Below are positions 38,750 to 49,140 of a stretch of 64,000 bases of DNA, in pieces. Numbering within the stretch: position 1 is the stretch's first letter; every line of letters begins with the position of its first letter. Position numbers and translations under genes: made by a program. A model generated the notes under the pieces. The model did not search any database and was not told where the DNA came from. It saw nothing but the letters and a program-made list of their open reading frames with translations. Source of the DNA: a virus; the IMG/VR virus record IMGVR_UViG_3300042197_002234, positions 32,001 to 96,000 of that record. The stretch is one strand, 5' to 3'.

Positions 38750-39498
38750 TGACTGAAAATTTAAAACTAAGTGGTGAAACAAATGTTGAGTTAAAAAAGA
38801 AAGGTAGAAAACCAAAACAAAAAAATTATTTTGATACCCCTGAAGAAGAGGCTGTTGTTAGATTTTTACAAGCGGAAAGTGACGAGGAACGAAATAAGAT
38901 TTACAATGAGTTTTTAAGAAAACCTTTAGACAAAATGATATCTTCAATTATTAGAAGATACAAACTCTATAGAAAAGACATGGATTTTACGGAAATACAT
39001 GTGGACACTCATTCATTTTTAATGACCAAAGTAGAAAAATTTAAGCCTTCAAAGGAAAAGAAGGCTTATTCTTATTTTGGAACAATTTGTAAAAATTATT
39101 TGATGGGTCAAATAATTAAAGACCAAAAAGAAATTAATAGAAAAATTTCTTACGAGGATATATCATCTAATTTAGAAAACAATCCATCATATTCATATGA
39201 TATTGATTCTGATGTTATTGATTCTGAAAATGTGATAAAAAAATTTTTATTAGAACTTGATAATTTTTTAGATAGTGAAAATTTATCCGAAAACGAATCT
39301 AAGTTAGGGCACGCATTATATGAATTATTTGATAATTACGAACAAATTTTTATTGGTAATGACAATAATAAATTTAATAAAAATGTAATTCTTCTTTCAT
39401 TAAGAGAAATGACAAATTTATCAACTAAAGAAATTAGAGGTTCCATGAAGAAATACAAAATCATGTACTATAATTTAATAGAAAGTATGGTTAAATAA
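38749..39498 (+). CDS. Phage sigma factor, T4 gp55-like (late transcription)
   Basis: KFKPSKEKKAYSYFGTICKNYLMGQI resembles sigma region 2 / gp55 (F-D-x-x-K...AYFTQ...NAF). Confidence 0.6.
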   Translation: MTENLKLSGETNVELKKKGRKPKQKNYFDTPEEEAVVRFLQAESDEERNKIYNEFLRKPLDKMISSIIRRYKLYRKDMDFTEIHVDTHSFLMTKVEKFKPSKEKKAYSYFGTICKNYLMGQIIKDQKEINRKISYEDISSNLENNPSYSYDIDSDVIDSENVIKKFLLELDNFLDSENLSENESKLGHALYELFDNYEQIFIGNDNNKFNKNVILLSLREMTNLSTKEIRGSMKKYKIMYYNLIESMVK

Positions 39499-39525
39499 AA
39501 AAAATCAAAATTAATATTTATAGAT

Positions 39526-39897
39526 ATGCCAAGACCTCAAAAAAAAGAAATTACTTTAACTAAAGAATCTATGTTATCTCTAATGCAAGAGATATATAAT
39601 GAATTAGTTGAACAAAGAAATACCGCAATTAGAATTCAAAATAAAATGTTAAGTATGATGAAGGAACCTGAGGATATGACGTTAATAGGTCCTGTTATCG
39701 AAAAACAACAAAAAATTATCAATGATTGTTTAGAGAAAAAATTAACTCTATCAAAATTACAATCAACCATGTGGGACAAAACTAACACAGGTAGTGAATC
39801 ATTCTCAATCGCGGATTTAGGTATGGACGATGAAACATTACAAAGTTTGATTGAAAAAGATTTGTCGAAAGACAATGATGGTTACAAAATGAAATAA
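39526..39897 (+). CDS. Hypothetical coiled-coil protein
   Basis: 123-aa ORF with TATTTAT at 39515-39521. Confidence 0.7.
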   Translation: MPRPQKKEITLTKESMLSLMQEIYNELVEQRNTAIRIQNKMLSMMKEPEDMTLIGPVIEKQQKIINDCLEKKLTLSKLQSTMWDKTNTGSESFSIADLGMDDETLQSLIEKDLSKDNDGYKMK

Positions 39898-39907
39898 GTT
39901 TAATTAA

Positions 39908-41812
39908 ATGTCTTTAGATTTAAATTTAGATTACGATAGTGCTAAAAGAAAAATTGAAGCCTCTAAAAGTTATAATGATTTAAAAAATCAATATGACCAG
40001 GCAACTAAAAAGGGTGGTGATTCTTTTGAAGAGTTTAGTGGTGATGTTACAGAATCTATTGACAAGTTAAAACAAGAAACTAAAAAGTTTCAAAGACAAA
40101 TAAAAAATCAGTTTGAGCAATTACTCGACATTAATAATGTAACAGGTGGAAAAGGAAGTAACTCGATTAGGTATATTAAAAGATTACTTTTAAAAACTCT
40201 TAGAAATATTGAACCAAAAATTTCTGAGATTGTTCAAGACTGTTCACTAAAAGCTATTGGTTGTGACCAAGAGCAAACTTATGACCCTCAAATATTATAC
40301 ATTAAGGTAAGTTCTATAGATTTAATAAACTTACTTAAAAAAGACCCAACATCTGATGATGGTAGGGTTCTATATGAAAAATACCCAATAAATGTTCAAG
40401 TATATCCTTTTGCAATGAATAAAGAATTGTATGAAAGGATACAAAGTGGTAATCCATACTCAGTAGATAATGGTCAGTTATATTTAGGAGCCTCAACACA
40501 ACCTTTATTTGATATTCAATACGTTGAGTTTGATAATTTTGGTCAAACAGGTCCTTGGTTTAAAATAACATTACAATCAAGACTTAACAATGTTAACAAA
40601 GTAGGAACCTTTTTAGTTGATTATTACAAGTCAATTAAACTTGTTGATTTTACAAACATAATGGCTTACATAATGGAGTCATTGAGCGGTGCAATATCAA
40701 TAAGTGCAAATGTGGGAATTGTACAAGCCGATGACACGAGTAAATTTTTATTATTGATTCAAAGAATCTTAGGATTATGTTTTGACGGTAAAAGTGAAAT
40801 TGATGTTAGTGGTATTGCAAAATTAGCCGAGTTAGATGGTGTTGATAATTCATTTTTTGAATTTACTGACATTGATTTAAGAAATATTGACCAACGAATT
40901 ACAAATATAAAAAATGGTGTTGTTGAGTTTGAGGAATGTGGTAATGTAAAGTTACCTGTTAATTTCCAAGAGATATTAGAAGGTTTAAATAATTTAAATT
41001 TTGTTGAGGATAAGGATTTGGTTGATGCTGCGGATGCTTTAACCGACACATTAACTAACAATCCTGCTTGGAAAGGATTTGCGATTGATGGTAATATAAA
41101 TGCCGCGGTAGATTTAAATTTTGTTAAGTTAATTGTTCAAGGATTAATATCAGCATTATTAAGCCCAAAAGTTTTATTACCAATTATGATTTTATTAAAA
41201 TCGTTAGGTAATGACATTGTTGATGTTATTGACACATTGGTTAAATTTATGAAAGAATTTAAAGATTTTGTAATCTGTGTTGTATCAAGAGTTGGGGCAA
41301 TTTTTGTTGAGGAATTATTTAATCTAATTAAGAAAGACATTAAAAATTTATTACAGGCAATAATTTTAGATGTTGCAAAAGAAAAATTAGATAAAAGAAT
41401 TATTATAATATTAAAATTAATTCAATTATTAATACTAATTGCTGAATTTATATCAGATTGGCGAAGGTGTAAAAGCGTGATAGATGAAATATTATGGTTA
41501 CTAAGAATTTTAACTTCTGGTTGGGGCGGTGAAGTACCCTTACCGTTATTGTTCGCGTCTCAATTAATGGACGGATACTCAGAAACAAGAGCGTTTATCG
41601 GAGCCATTGAGGAAATGCAAAAAATGGGTATACCTACAGGGGCAATGCCAGATGGTAGTCCTAACTTAACAGTACTTCAAATGTTTGGCCAAATGAAAGC
41701 GATGGCTAGTGAAGAAGCTGAAAATGGTAAACTACAGGTGGCGATTCCACCATTAACTATGACACCAGCGGGATTAACAGTCCCCGCCAGTGGATTTGGT
41801 AAGAGTGTATAA
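39908..41812 (+). CDS. Hypothetical 634-aa protein, probably baseplate or virion associated
   Basis: Long helical ORF next to the gp5-like gene. Function inferred from context only. Confidence 0.6.
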   Translation: MSLDLNLDYDSAKRKIEASKSYNDLKNQYDQATKKGGDSFEEFSGDVTESIDKLKQETKKFQRQIKNQFEQLLDINNVTGGKGSNSIRYIKRLLLKTLRNIEPKISEIVQDCSLKAIGCDQEQTYDPQILYIKVSSIDLINLLKKDPTSDDGRVLYEKYPINVQVYPFAMNKELYERIQSGNPYSVDNGQLYLGASTQPLFDIQYVEFDNFGQTGPWFKITLQSRLNNVNKVGTFLVDYYKSIKLVDFTNIMAYIMESLSGAISISANVGIVQADDTSKFLLLIQRILGLCFDGKSEIDVSGIAKLAELDGVDNSFFEFTDIDLRNIDQRITNIKNGVVEFEECGNVKLPVNFQEILEGLNNLNFVEDKDLVDAADALTDTLTNNPAWKGFAIDGNINAAVDLNFVKLIVQGLISALLSPKVLLPIMILLKSLGNDIVDVIDTLVKFMKEFKDFVICVVSRVGAIFVEELFNLIKKDIKNLLQAIILDVAKEKLDKRIIIILKLIQLLILIAEFISDWRRCKSVIDEILWLLRILTSGWGGEVPLPLLFASQLMDGYSETRAFIGAIEEMQKMGIPTGAMPDGSPNLTVLQMFGQMKAMASEEAENGKLQVAIPPLTMTPAGLTVPASGFGKSV

Positions 41813-41813
41813 T

Positions 41814-42026
41814 ATGACTAAAAAAGAACAAGCCGAAAAAACTTTAAGAATTGTAAAAGATTTTAAATCACATTCAAATAAAGACTTACAATTTGCGATG
41901 GACTTTATTCAAGAAGATTTTAATTTTACTAAAGAACAAATATTAAAATTAACAGAACATTTAGATAAGTTAGAATTAACTTATAATACGGTATTAAAAG
42001 AATACAAAACAAGAAATAAAAAATGA
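41814..42026 (+). CDS. Hypothetical small protein
   Basis: MTKKEQAEK start directly after the previous stop; TGA overlaps the next ATG. Confidence 0.65.
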   Translation: MTKKEQAEKTLRIVKDFKSHSNKDLQFAMDFIQEDFNFTKEQILKLTEHLDKLELTYNTVLKEYKTRNKK

Positions 42027-43645
42027 AAATAGATAATCAAAACAAACATCAAATTTTATTTCCAGGTATTGTAGTCGATGTTAAAGACCCTGCAATGCTA
42101 GGTAGAGTTAGAGCAAGACCTGTAACCAAGGACATTGAATCTATGATTTCAGGTATTGATACGACTAAAATAGAAAATGGTGATTTAAAAGAACAATACA
42201 AATGGACATCTATTGACCCATTAGTATTTATGCCTTTGTTACCGTTTTTTGTTAGCCAAGTTCCAAGAGAAACTGAATATATTCATATTATATACATGAA
42301 TAAACAGTTTCAAAACAAAAATCAGTTTTACATTCAAGGACCTTTTTCATCCCCAATGTTAAGCCCTAATGAGGTCTTTAATTCTGCTGAAAAATATTTA
42401 GCCGCGGGTGATTTAATTAAAGAAATACCTGGTGTTAGAAATCCTGATGGTTCATTTAAAGTTGATTGGAGTGAGGGGGTGTTCCCAATGCCAGGAGATA
42501 ATGCAATTTTAGGTAGAAGATTTTCCGACATTATATTTAAATCAAGACAGGGTGAAACTGGTCTTGAAGATTCTGTTTTAATTAGAGCGGGAAAAACAAA
42601 ATCTTTAGTACCTGGCGAATTACCAAGAGCCAATAATGACAGGTCTTTTTTACAATTAAGTTATTTTGGTCGAGAAAAAATAACAGGTGAAACAAAAAAA
42701 CAAAGTAGGTTTGTTGAGAATGTTAAAGTGGTAAAAAAGATGATAATTTGGGATATTCAAAATTTAGAAAACGGTCAAAATTCATTTAATGGGAGCGTTG
42801 GTTTATATAATGTAATACCATCAGGAAAAGTTAATACTAAAAATTTTCAAGCGGATACTATACTAAATTTATCGATAGGTACTGATTTTTCGGGTCCTTT
42901 GGAGGAAATTAAATTTAATGCGAAGACTTTTGAGGAATCGTCTAATTTAATTAATAAATTTATTGAGGGCGTTTTTAAGGGTAATCTAACTAATATACCA
43001 GATTATCCCGTTAAATCAGCATCAAATTTATCACCAGAACAAACGTTTCCCTTTGTTGTTACACCATCAAAAAAAAGTTATGAAACTGGTATTAAATTTG
43101 CACCTTCACAAGTTATAAATGACGTAAAAGAATTGGTTAATTATACTAAATTTTATGGTAAAATAAAATTAAATACGGGACTAGTTAATAGCGGATGGTT
43201 TTTAGTTTCGGAGAACAAAAATGGTGTGGCAGCTATTGGTCCACAAGTTGATACAAAGATAGATGAATTTACTGAAACAAGTTTTGTGGATAGCGATGTA
43301 AGTTATGCCGTGCTAGGTGGTCAAAATGTTTATTTGTTATCTCAAATGTCCGAAGGTCCAAAAGGTAAAGTAGATTTATATAACACAATTTACGGAATTA
43401 GTCAAGATAAATTTATTGGTGATAATAGCTCGATTCAAAATAGAACATACGCAATGGTTAGGGGTGACGAACTTATGATTTTATTAAGAAAAATATTCTC
43501 ATACGTTACAGGTCACGTTCACGCCATAGCTACAGTACCACCAATTCCTGTGGCTGCTGGTAACGGTCAAACAAGTGCAGAAATTGACGCGATATTAGCA
43601 AACTCAGAAAATACGGTATTAAATCAACAAATAAGGATTAATTGA
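42023..43645 (+). CDS. Baseplate hub / central spike protein, gp5/VgrG-like
   Basis: N-terminal OB-fold pattern GIVVDVKDPAMLGRVRAR...PLLP...VP; C-terminal HVH apex motif. Confidence 0.65.
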   Translation: MKIDNQNKHQILFPGIVVDVKDPAMLGRVRARPVTKDIESMISGIDTTKIENGDLKEQYKWTSIDPLVFMPLLPFFVSQVPRETEYIHIIYMNKQFQNKNQFYIQGPFSSPMLSPNEVFNSAEKYLAAGDLIKEIPGVRNPDGSFKVDWSEGVFPMPGDNAILGRRFSDIIFKSRQGETGLEDSVLIRAGKTKSLVPGELPRANNDRSFLQLSYFGREKITGETKKQSRFVENVKVVKKMIIWDIQNLENGQNSFNGSVGLYNVIPSGKVNTKNFQADTILNLSIGTDFSGPLEEIKFNAKTFEESSNLINKFIEGVFKGNLTNIPDYPVKSASNLSPEQTFPFVVTPSKKSYETGIKFAPSQVINDVKELVNYTKFYGKIKLNTGLVNSGWFLVSENKNGVAAIGPQVDTKIDEFTETSFVDSDVSYAVLGGQNVYLLSQMSEGPKGKVDLYNTIYGISQDKFIGDNSSIQNRTYAMVRGDELMILLRKIFSYVTGHVHAIATVPPIPVAAGNGQTSAEIDAILANSENTVLNQQIRIN

Positions 43646-43667
43646 TATTTATAAGTAAAACACTTAA

Positions 43668-45146
43668 ATGTCAATTAATAATTCGTATTTTAGTAAAAAC
43701 AATACTTTAATATCTAATAGTTTTACAAATACAGGTAGAAACCCTGTAACTGAACTGTTTTTTGGTACAACAGCAGTATCTCAATACCCTAATGGTTTTA
43801 GTAGATTTATTTTTAACTTAGACTTATCTCTTCTTTTACAAAAAATTTCGGACGGTACAATAACTACAGGTTGTACTAATAATATGACACATACTTTGAG
43901 AATGGTTAATACTTCAACATTTGATTTAGAACTATTAAATACATCAACATCTCAAGGTAGAATAAGAGCGACATCATTTGATTTAATTCTTTTTAGAATT
44001 CCATATATCAATGATGACCAAAACACCCCTCAAATTTGGGACGAGGGTGTTGGATATGATTTTGCGGATTTAATTTACGAATACAGTAATTTTGATAAGA
44101 ATTTTTCTGATAGACCATCAAATTGGTATCAAACAACAACGATAGGTGTTTGGACTGAAGATGGAATTTACAGTAATGACAATACGGGTAATGTTAATTA
44201 TTCAGGTTTAACTATTGTAGATACGCAACATTTTGAATTTGGTAATGAGAATATTTCGTTTGATATGACAAATGAAATAAACTTAATTATTAATGGTAGT
44301 TTAATAAATGTTGCAGGATGGGGCATTGCGTTTAAGCCTCAAGTAGAAAGTTTAACAGGTCTAACTAATACATATGAGGTACAATTTTTTACTAGACATA
44401 CTCAAACTTTTTACGAACCATTTTTAGAAACGAATTATAATGATTTAATTGATGATGATAGAAATTTATTTTCATTAGGTAAATCAAATAAATTGTATTT
44501 GTATCTCTATGATAGTGGTAACCCAATTAATTTAGATAACAATCCTTTGGTTGACATTTTAGACCTATCTGGTGACCCAATACCAGGTTTAACAGGTTTG
44601 ACAACATGTAGAAGAACAAAAGGGGTTTATGAAGTCGTTATACCTCCGTTAGTAGGATATAAAACACCATGTGTGTTCACTGATAAATGGTACAATCTTA
44701 ATTTAAACGGGTTTCCATTACCAATTCAATATAATGAATTTACTGTACAACCACTTAAAAACTCAATTCAAATTGGTACAAATTCTGCCGACCCAAAATT
44801 ATATGGGTTTGATTTTTACGGTATCAAACAAGATGAAAAAATATTAAATTCTGATATTAGAAAAGTTGGGGTTATCATCAAACAAGCTTACACAACTGAA
44901 AAATTATTACAAAATGTTGATGCGTCTTACAGAGTGTATGTTAGAGAAGGTCAAACAGAAGTTGAAGTTCAAGGTTGGACAAAAATTAACAGGACTCCAA
45001 ACGAATATTATTTCATATTTGACACACGAGATAAAATACCTAATGAATATTATATTGATATTCAGGTTGTGAGTAGTGGAGAAGTTAACACTTACAAAAA
45101 ACAAATAAAATTTCAAATAGTTAATATGAAATATTTGGAACAATAA
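43668..45146 (+). CDS. Hypothetical virion structural protein
   Basis: 492-aa beta-rich ORF with TATTTAT at 43646-43652, in the baseplate neighbourhood. Confidence 0.6.
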   Translation: MSINNSYFSKNNTLISNSFTNTGRNPVTELFFGTTAVSQYPNGFSRFIFNLDLSLLLQKISDGTITTGCTNNMTHTLRMVNTSTFDLELLNTSTSQGRIRATSFDLILFRIPYINDDQNTPQIWDEGVGYDFADLIYEYSNFDKNFSDRPSNWYQTTTIGVWTEDGIYSNDNTGNVNYSGLTIVDTQHFEFGNENISFDMTNEINLIINGSLINVAGWGIAFKPQVESLTGLTNTYEVQFFTRHTQTFYEPFLETNYNDLIDDDRNLFSLGKSNKLYLYLYDSGNPINLDNNPLVDILDLSGDPIPGLTGLTTCRRTKGVYEVVIPPLVGYKTPCVFTDKWYNLNLNGFPLPIQYNEFTVQPLKNSIQIGTNSADPKLYGFDFYGIKQDEKILNSDIRKVGVIIKQAYTTEKLLQNVDASYRVYVREGQTEVEVQGWTKINRTPNEYYFIFDTRDKIPNEYYIDIQVVSSGEVNTYKKQIKFQIVNMKYLEQ

Positions 45147-45169
45147 AAGATATTTATAAATAAAAAAAA

Positions 45170-45532
45170 ATGGCAAATAGAATAATTACAGCAACCACCT
45201 GTGTTGAGGGTGTATCAACCGAATATATTATTAATGATTCAGGTATTGATTTTTCAAAAATATATCAATTAAATAATGGATTATGTGCATCAATCGCTTC
45301 AGGGGAAACAACAAACAATTTCCCTAATATGTCATTCCCTTATGGACCATTTAACGATTGTGACGATTGTTATGAACCATTAAGTGCTAATACCGAATCA
45401 TTGGTTTGTGTTGAGTGTTCAGGTTCAACCTTTACAGTTACACCTCCCCACCCTGTTTACACAAACGGTCAATTTAAAGATATTGTCCAACTAAACGCTA
45501 TCGTTATTGGTGGTAACGGATTAAACGCTTAA
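45170..45532 (+). CDS. Small Cys-containing hypothetical protein
   Basis: 120 aa with CDDC and CVEC; TATTTAT at 45151-45157. Confidence 0.7.
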   Translation: MANRIITATTCVEGVSTEYIINDSGIDFSKIYQLNNGLCASIASGETTNNFPNMSFPYGPFNDCDDCYEPLSANTESLVCVECSGSTFTVTPPHPVYTNGQFKDIVQLNAIVIGGNGLNA

Positions 45533-45551
45533 AATATGAAAAAAAACAATT

Positions 45552-45887
45552 ATGAAAAAAATAATTAGACTAACTGAATCAGAATTAACAAAATTAATTG
45601 AGAATAGTATTAAAAGTATTAGAGAAGAAGATGAAGAATTAGGGGTTAGAGATATGGGATTCAAGGTTGAGCCCAATATTAGAATGACTCCAAGAGAGAA
45701 AGAAGTTGAAAGTTTGTTTGGTAAATACGAAGAACAAATTCCAAATGACGTTCTCAGATATCTAAGAAAAAACCCACAATTACTTATGAATCGTTTGGTC
45801 GATATTTACGGTGAAAAGTTTTTAGACTTTGCAGAAAAAGCGTACATAAATCAAATGAAAAAAAATTTAAAAAATGACAACTATTAA
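45552..45887 (+). CDS. Hypothetical protein with an LTE-type leader (putative head-internal protein)
   Basis: MKKIIRLTESELTKLIE N-terminus. Confidence 0.7.
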   Translation: MKKIIRLTESELTKLIENSIKSIREEDEELGVRDMGFKVEPNIRMTPREKEVESLFGKYEEQIPNDVLRYLRKNPQLLMNRLVDIYGEKFLDFAEKAYINQMKKNLKNDNY

Positions 45888-46695
45888 ATTAACCGAAAAA
45901 GATTTAAACAGAATTATTAAAAGGGTGATTGTGGAGACATCGCCTGAAGGAATATCTCTAACTTATGATGATGTTGTTAAAGCGTGTCTTGGGTATTTAA
46001 TTGAATGGAGTAAGGGTATGAGACCATTTAAGGACAATCAAGGGTTCACAGGTACGGTAGTAAAAAATGACGAAATGGTTAGTGAACTTAAAAAATATTT
46101 AATATCTCTTCGTGATAAAAAAGAAAAAAGACCTTTAAGTAAGGAGTCTAAGGTGTTATTAAGGACAATTATAAAAATGTTAAAAAAGGTTCAAGATAAA
46201 CAAAGATATATTACATTGGGTTCCACTTACAATGAATCAGTTTTGTCAAAAAATATGGGAAAAATGTTATCAGAACAAAAAACCCAACGATATATGTTCT
46301 TTTCAAATTTAGAACAAATGAGAAGACAGTGTGATTTATTACTTGATTTAGACCATAGTGAAATTGAATCTATTTTAAGTGATGGTCATGATTGGGCTCA
46401 AGACCATATTGCCGAAGCTAAAAATAATATGGACCAAGTATTTGACTTCTTGATGAATGAAACCAAACGATATCACAAAATGGGGGATGAAGTTATGGTT
46501 CCTTCAAACACAGATGTTATGGAAGAAGGTCGTAAAAAGACTGGTACTAAATTATGCGCTCGTGGTAAAGCCGCTGCTAAGGCGAGGTACGACGTATTTC
46601 CAAGTGCATATAGTAATGGGCATGGAGTACAGGTTTGTAAAGGAAAGATAAAAGGTCTTGATGGTAAAAAAAGATGTTCACCACCTTATTGTTAA
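45874..46695 (+). CDS. Modular hypothetical protein with an LTE-type leader and a basic Cys-containing C-terminal module
   Basis: MTTIKLTEKDLNRIIKRVIVE; C-terminal KLCARGKAAAKARYDVFPSAYSNG...VCKG. Confidence 0.7.
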   Translation: MTTIKLTEKDLNRIIKRVIVETSPEGISLTYDDVVKACLGYLIEWSKGMRPFKDNQGFTGTVVKNDEMVSELKKYLISLRDKKEKRPLSKESKVLLRTIIKMLKKVQDKQRYITLGSTYNESVLSKNMGKMLSEQKTQRYMFFSNLEQMRRQCDLLLDLDHSEIESILSDGHDWAQDHIAEAKNNMDQVFDFLMNETKRYHKMGDEVMVPSNTDVMEEGRKKTGTKLCARGKAAAKARYDVFPSAYSNGHGVQVCKGKIKGLDGKKRCSPPYC

Positions 46696-46700
46696 AAAAT

Positions 46701-46729
46701 AAAAGAGACATTTAGTCTCTTTTTTTTTT
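46701..46729 (+). terminator. Intrinsic terminator
   Basis: AAAAGAGAC-ATTTA-GTCTCTTTT followed by T6. Confidence 0.8.
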
Positions 46730-46761
46730 GTGTTTTAATGTCTATCCATATATTTATTAGT

Positions 46762-47247
46762 ATGGGTAGACAATGTAGTAAATGTGGCGATGTTAAATCA
46801 GATAATGATTTTTACCAAACACAAAGAGGTAATAGATGTAAGGAGTGTATTTTAATTGAAACTAGAGAATATAAGAGAAAAAAAAGGTTAGACCCCGAAC
46901 ATAGAAAAATGGAAGGTATTAAGCAAAAAGAAAGAAGGGTTAGTCTTTGGCAAAACACTTTAATACACGATTCAAAACACCGTAAAATTGAGAATACCTT
47001 AACCGTTGATGATGTGAATGAAATGTTTAATAAACAAAACGGTTTATGTTATTGGTTCAAAATCCCTTTAATACCTTCAAATCATAAAAAACACCCACAA
47101 CAACCTTCTTTGGACAGACTTGACAGAAATAAAGGGTATACAAAAGAAAATGTGGTATTATGTTGTTATTCTGCAAACATAGGTCGTAATGAAAATAATT
47201 TAGAAACTTGGTCTGATTTTTTAAAATTACTTTTGATTAATAAATAA
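46762..47247 (+). CDS. HNH-like endonuclease with an N-terminal zinc finger
   Basis: CSKC...CKEC and SLDRLDRNKGYTKENVVLCCYSANIGRN. Start placed at MGRQ, 4 nt after TATTTAT (46751-46757). Confidence 0.75.
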   Translation: MGRQCSKCGDVKSDNDFYQTQRGNRCKECILIETREYKRKKRLDPEHRKMEGIKQKERRVSLWQNTLIHDSKHRKIENTLTVDDVNEMFNKQNGLCYWFKIPLIPSNHKKHPQQPSLDRLDRNKGYTKENVVLCCYSANIGRNENNLETWSDFLKLLLINK

Positions 47248-47262
47248 ACTTTACTATATTTG
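47232..47262 (+). promoter_or_regulatory. Bacteroidota-type sigma70 promoter (-33/-7)
   Basis: TTTG at 47232-47235, a 19-nt spacer, and TATATTTG at 47255-47262 match TTTG-N19-21-TAnnTTTG. Confidence 0.75.
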
Positions 47263-47279
47263 TGTAAATGAAATTTTGA

Positions 47280-47699
47280 ATGATGAATCGGTCCTTAAAA
47301 AGAATATTAAAACGAATGTACGTTAAGTTCGTTCTGTGGCACAAATATAGAGTATTAACGCCTGATATTCATAGAAATTCAAACGAAATGATATGTGTTT
47401 CCATATGTAGAAAACTGGTCTCCCATCATGACTCAGAATTTGCCATAGCACCAATCTCCTACAAAAAATACATAAAAAATAAAACACTAGGTTTGTTTGT
47501 TGTTTTATACGAAAGACAGATTAGTATTACAAACCACGTTTATCATTATGATGTAGTAGTTTCACAAAGAGAGTGGGACAAAATAATGTCCATATACGAC
47601 CAAAAAACTGAAAAGATTAGACAAGAGTATGAGTCTGAAATTCACTCACAAATAAAACACTCTTTACACACAATTTTAGAAAAAGTTAGTAATCCCTAA
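47280..47699 (+). CDS. Hypothetical protein (host-promoter driven, likely early)
   Basis: 139-aa ORF downstream of a Bacteroidota-type promoter. Confidence 0.7.
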   Translation: MMNRSLKRILKRMYVKFVLWHKYRVLTPDIHRNSNEMICVSICRKLVSHHDSEFAIAPISYKKYIKNKTLGLFVVLYERQISITNHVYHYDVVVSQREWDKIMSIYDQKTEKIRQEYESEIHSQIKHSLHTILEKVSNP

Positions 47700-47700
47700 C

Positions 47701-48849
47701 TTATTTACTACTTAAAACTTTTTTTACAATTCTAACTAAATCAGATTCGGTTAATTTAATAGTTTTTGAATTACCCATCTGTTCGAATTTATTATTACTG
47801 TAATTAGTAAACTCATGGATTATATTCATAAGTTTACCATATAAATTATACCTGTCAAATAAATTCATAATTTTGTCATAATTTACCACATTATTTTTTT
47901 CGTCATAAATTATTATACCATCAGGGCTTGGGTATCTTCCACCTAAATAAGTTTCATTTGGTTTATTAATATAAAAACCAAATTTAGATGATTCTAATTT
48001 TTTTTGTAATTCTATATCCTTAATGATTAAATACCCCAATGAACCCATTTTATTATGTTTATTAAACATAGTTTCGTCAGATGATGATGTACACCATTTA
48101 GTATTTGCACCGTATTTACATGACGCGGCATGGGTTAATGGTATTACAAATAAGAAATTATCATCTTCATATATTTTTTCTTTTTCATTAGGTTCTATTT
48201 TAAATTTTTCAACAATAGTCTTTTTACTTAAAACATTTTCTTTCTTTGGTTTGTATGAAGTCATTACAGGTTTTTGTCCTTTACCTGTTTGTGTATCTTG
48301 TTTTTCTGCTTTACGTTTTTGTTGACACGCCGCTCTTTTTTGTGAATCACTCATTTTACCAGCAACACCCGCAGCTCTACATTTTGGATAAGCACCTTTT
48401 GATGTATCAGGTCTACCACATGGGGGATGTTTACCATTAACCTTTCTACATATATTAACCCAAGGCCCTTTTGGTTGTTTAGAACCCTTAGGTTTTTTCT
48501 TTGTACCAAACCAAACTGCCAAATCTTCATTCAAAGGTATTTTATCAACATCAATCCATTCACTTTCACCGATAGTTATAAAATCATAATTATTTTCTGC
48601 GTGCTTGGTACCAACTTCGGCTCTTTTTTCAATCTTTTTACGTTTGTGTTTTGGGGTACTCATTTTACCATCCATAGCATCATGTTCTAATTCAGGACTG
48701 TCAAAAGGTGTTACACTAATACTGAAAGGTGCTAATTGTGACTTTTCAAATTCATGATAACCAGGCACTATTGGTGGAACATATCCATCAACACCGTTTG
48801 TTGATGTCATTTCTTTTAAAACCTTTTTTATTATACTTTCTTTTAACAT
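47701..48849 (-). CDS. Modular hypothetical protein with (I/L)-x-E motifs and a basic Cys-containing module
   Basis: MLKESIIKKVLKE leader, PLNEDLAVWFG...WVNIC...PCGRP...YPKCR module, THAASCKYGANTKWC segment, and C-terminal IKLTESDLVRIVKKVL. Confidence 0.75.
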   Translation of the reverse strand: MLKESIIKKVLKEMTSTNGVDGYVPPIVPGYHEFEKSQLAPFSISVTPFDSPELEHDAMDGKMSTPKHKRKKIEKRAEVGTKHAENNYDFITIGESEWIDVDKIPLNEDLAVWFGTKKKPKGSKQPKGPWVNICRKVNGKHPPCGRPDTSKGAYPKCRAAGVAGKMSDSQKRAACQQKRKAEKQDTQTGKGQKPVMTSYKPKKENVLSKKTIVEKFKIEPNEKEKIYEDDNFLFVIPLTHAASCKYGANTKWCTSSSDETMFNKHNKMGSLGYLIIKDIELQKKLESSKFGFYINKPNETYLGGRYPSPDGIIIYDEKNNVVNYDKIMNLFDRYNLYGKLMNIIHEFTNYSNNKFEQMGNSKTIKLTESDLVRIVKKVLSSK

Positions 48850-48893
48850 AATAAATAACTATACTTATAAATATCACAAATTTATAATTAAGG

Positions 48894-49139
48894 ATGCAAG
48901 AGGAAGAATTATTCGGAAAGTTGTTTAAAACAATACCATTGTATAACGAAGGTCATTTAGAGATAATATTACAAACAATGGATAATGAGTCGGCAACATT
49001 TATGTTAATACAAGCGGTTAGACATGCCTTTGATAAAGGTGTTTACTCTATAGGTGAAACCGAGGTTATTTCAAAATCAATCAGAGTGTTATCCAAAAAA
49101 GAAGAAACTCAAGAAATTGAAAAAGAAACCGAAAATTAA
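48894..49139 (+). CDS. Hypothetical small protein
   Basis: 81-aa ORF. Confidence 0.6.
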   Translation: MQEEELFGKLFKTIPLYNEGHLEIILQTMDNESATFMLIQAVRHAFDKGVYSIGETEVISKSIRVLSKKEETQEIEKETEN

Positions 49140-49140
49140 T

